DNA of 64,000 nucleotides from Alphaproteobacteria bacterium. Lineage in GTDB: Bacteria > Pseudomonadota > Alphaproteobacteria > Rs-D84. A program made the position numbers and the translations under genes. The stretch lies in assembly GCA_031549365.1 (NCBI GenBank), contig JAVBPX010000005.1:1-64000 (forward strand), read 5' to 3'. The notes beneath the pieces are model-generated. The model worked only from the letters and a program-made list of their open reading frames with translations. It searched no databases and was not told the DNA's origin. Shown piece after piece: positions 61,513 to 64,000 of the stretch. Positions within the stretch are counted from its first letter, which is position 1. Every line of letters starts with the position of its first letter.

Positions 61513-61807
61513 TCATTGCCCTACGAACCATCATAACACCAGGATCATCAAATATTTGAATTTGTAATATATTTTCAATATATTGAATTCTTTCTGTTGT
61601 TTCTTGGTCCACTGAAATATCCAACGCTATTAAACATTTTAAATTCGATTTAATTCTTTTTATTTTTTGTTTGAATGATTCCAACGGTTTGTTTTCTTTC
61701 ACCTTGCGCAATAAATACCAGTAAAAGTTTGTAATATCTTTTTTAAAGTGCATCCATTGTAATTGGATGTATTCTTCGAATGGTCGGTCGCTGTATTTTT
61801 TTGCCAC
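61487..61807 (-). CDS. Hypothetical protein
   Basis: 106 aa, AAGG RBS, upstream TTGACT-16-TATAAT promoter; overlaps the dnaQ 3' end by 26 bp. Confidence 0.6.
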   Translation of the reverse strand: MAKKYSDRPFEEYIQLQWMHFKKDITNFYWYLLRKVKENKPLESFKQKIKRIKSNLKCLIALDISVDQETTERIQYIENILQIQIFDDPGVMMVRRAMINRATRRR

Positions 61808-61943
61808 TGATTACGCCTTTTATTTTCGCCTTCCCTCTCTCTATGTAAGACATGATTATAATCATACAAAAATTTAAGTCAATATTTAAAAGCGCAAAAA
61901 AAAGCCCGCAATTTATGCGGGCTTTGATTGATTTCTATTTATT

Positions 61944-62387
61944 TTAATTGGCTGGTTTGTTTTGATTTGATTGATATAATTGTTCGAAATCAACCATACC
62001 CATAACAAACGGAGGATATCCAGATTCACCTGTCATATGCATTACCAACGAACGCACAGATGGGTATAAACTGGTTGGAATATCAACCAATAATTTATGT
62101 TGTAATTCTTTTTCATCCGATGCTGTTACAGCGGCCAATCCAGAATAAGTCATTTCAATCATGAAAATTGTTTTTTTATCTTCTTCGGCTTGGTTGTGAA
62201 TTTTAACTATTAAATCAACCATATACAGGTTGTTTTCTGTTCCCTTGACCTGGATGTCCATATTTACACTTACGTTGGCTTTGACCCCTTCTTTTCTGAA
62301 AAATAATTCTGGTGAATTTGGGCTTTCAAAGGAACAGTCCTTTAAAAATTGGGCCATTAAACGCATTTCTGTATCTGGTTTGTTCAT
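61944..62387 (-). CDS. secB: Protein export chaperone SecB
   Basis: QFLKDCSFESPNSP, LYP..R, GYPP...VDF..LY. Confidence 0.95.
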   Translation of the reverse strand: MNKPDTEMRLMAQFLKDCSFESPNSPELFFRKEGVKANVSVNMDIQVKGTENNLYMVDLIVKIHNQAEEDKKTIFMIEMTYSGLAAVTASDEKELQHKLLVDIPTSLYPSVRSLVMHMTGESGYPPFVMGMVDFEQLYQSNQNKPAN

Positions 62388-62483
62388 AACGTCTCCTTTT
62401 TATTGAACGATGGGCTTAATTTTGATATAATGTTCTGGTGTCATGTTTTCAAGTATAGCTTATAACAAACGGAATTGCAACAA

Positions 62484-63059
62484 ATGTCAATTTGGCCTAT
62501 TATTTTTATTATTATCGCATTGGTCGTGCTGATTTTATTAAATACGCGCATGCGACCTGTTATAAAAATTGAAAAAAAGCTTCGATTTTCGCCAATTGCA
62601 ATCGGGATGCAATTAAATATAGCAAATGATTTGATGCCAAAATTTATGGAAATGTGCAAACGATATCCTCATTTGGATGGGCAAAATTTGGCCCACAGTT
62701 TATCCAATATGGTGATTGATGTTATGAATTCATATGTTGTTGGGAAAATTCCAAATTCAATTTCCGAAAAATTGGCTTTGTTATGGGAAAAAACATGGAA
62801 TCATAATAATAAAAATGGTATTAAATCGCACGCCGATTTAAAACATTTGAATTCTATATTTGTTGATGATGTTAAATTTAACGATGATGTTTTAAAAATG
62901 AAAATTTTAATAAACAGCGATCAGGTTCGATACACAAAACAAAATGGTAAATTAATATCCGGGGACCCAAAAACAATAGATACCATTACTGACGTTTGGG
63001 AAATCCGCACAAATCCAAAAGAAAGGGAGCTTTTATGGCAAATTACAGAAACTTATTAA
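62484..63059 (+). CDS. Tim44-like domain membrane protein
   Basis: SDQ.RY....G.LISGDP......TDVW...N......W; conserved secB/Tim44/mltA context. Confidence 0.8.
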   Translation: MSIWPIIFIIIALVVLILLNTRMRPVIKIEKKLRFSPIAIGMQLNIANDLMPKFMEMCKRYPHLDGQNLAHSLSNMVIDVMNSYVVGKIPNSISEKLALLWEKTWNHNNKNGIKSHADLKHLNSIFVDDVKFNDDVLKMKILINSDQVRYTKQNGKLISGDPKTIDTITDVWEIRTNPKERELLWQITETY

Positions 63060-64000
63060 TGGCGAGTATGGTATTTTTGGCCAGTTGTTCATGGTTTGAT
63101 CAGCCAACCGTTTCATCCAAAAACAATCAAGTTACATCAAATTTAACAGCTGTTTCGTATAATTCATTACCTGGGTGGCAAAATGACGATTTGCGATATG
63201 CTTTGAAATCGTTCCGCCAATCATGCAAATCCAAAAGTTTTAAAGATGGGACCAGATATTATGCAAAAATTCGACCCAATGCTGAATTAATTGCTGAAAA
63301 ATGTGCGTTTTTACCATCAGAATCCGCTGATAATGCGACCGTACGCGCTTGGTTTGAATCGCACTTTCAGCCATATCAAATTCGTGCCGATGGCGGTAAA
63401 AACACCGGCGTTTTCACAGGTTATTATTCACCAACAATTATGGCATCCCGGTATAAAAGCGCAAAATATAATGAACCCATTATGATGGCACCATCAAACA
63501 TGAATTCGTACAAAGGTGTTGACCGTAAAACAATCGTTTCAAAACAAATTGGCACTCCATTATATTGGGCAAACAAGGTTGATGTTCAAAATTTACAGAT
63601 CCAAGGTTCGGGACTTTTGAAACTGGATGATGGAACTGTCGCAAAAATGAATTTTGGAGCGCACAACGATATGACTTTTAAAAGCATTGGCGAACAATTA
63701 AAGCAAAAAGGTATTCGCCCAGACGAAGGTTATAAATCAGCCGCTGTGTGGAAACATTTAAAAGCCCATCCAGCATTGGCAGACGAAGTAATTGATAAAA
63801 ATCCACGTTATATTTATTTTGTCGAGGCCAAAGACCACGATGCAATTGGAAAATTAGGTGTTCCTTTGACCAAGATTCGTTCGATTGCTGTCGATGATTC
63901 TATTTATACGCTGGGACTGCCAATGTATGTTGATACGCAATTATCAAACGGACAAAAATTCCAACGTTTGATGGTTGGTCAAGATCGCGGATCTGCAATC
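63035..64000 (+). CDS. mltA: Membrane-bound lytic transglycosylase MltA, 3'-partial (missing from the ORF track)
   Basis: Manual translation gives lipobox LASC, LPGW..DD...AL.SF..SC, FTGYY, IQGSG, NPRYIYF and QDRGSAI at the window end. Confidence 0.92.
   Translation, partial: MANYRNLLMASMVFLASCSWFDQPTVSSKNNQVTSNLTAVSYNSLPGWQNDDLRYALKSFRQSCKSKSFKDGTRYYAKIRPNAELIAEKCAFLPSESADNATVRAWFESHFQPYQIRADGGKNTGVFTGYYSPTIMASRYKSAKYNEPIMMAPSNMNSYKGVDRKTIVSKQIGTPLYWANKVDVQNLQIQGSGLLKLDDGTVAKMNFGAHNDMTFKSIGEQLKQKGIRPDEGYKSAAVWKHLKAHPALADEVIDKNPRYIYFVEAKDHDAIGKLGVPLTKIRSIAVDDSIYTLGLPMYVDTQLSNGQKFQRLMVGQDRGSAI

Overview
Low-GC chromosomal segment of an Alphaproteobacterium. Marker genes include rpoH, gapR, lpxI, carD, the secB/Tim44/mltA cluster and an alpha-type xerD. 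The divergent proteins and Firmicutes/Bacteroidota-like metabolic genes suggest an uncultured host-associated lineage (inference only). Most of the window is housekeeping: tRNA-Trp-secE-nusG-rplKAJL-rpoBC, mnmE, nth, mnmG, type-2 ileS, adk, tig, rplM-rpsI, valS, pyk, waaA, lpxA/B/I, mreB, uvrD, dnaQ and six tRNAs. The most unusual signals are: (1) a (CA)55 tract in frame with the signal peptide of the first gene of a secreted-protein cluster; (2) eight copies of a 41-44-bp covarying hairpin with a fixed asymmetric AG/TCC-type internal loop, all in one chromosomal orientation around xerD; (3) two ~125-bp ERIC/RPE-like palindromes, each 2 nt after a tRNA CCA end, plus partial tRNA end duplications; (4) an unannotated Val-rich leader peptide upstream of an atypical valS (KFSKT instead of KMSKS); (5) an intact integrase with its own promoter but no recognisable catalytic residues; (6) rifampicin-pocket substitutions in RpoB. 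No CRISPR array, rRNA or intact transposase was seen. All calls come from reading the sequence by eye; no database search was run.
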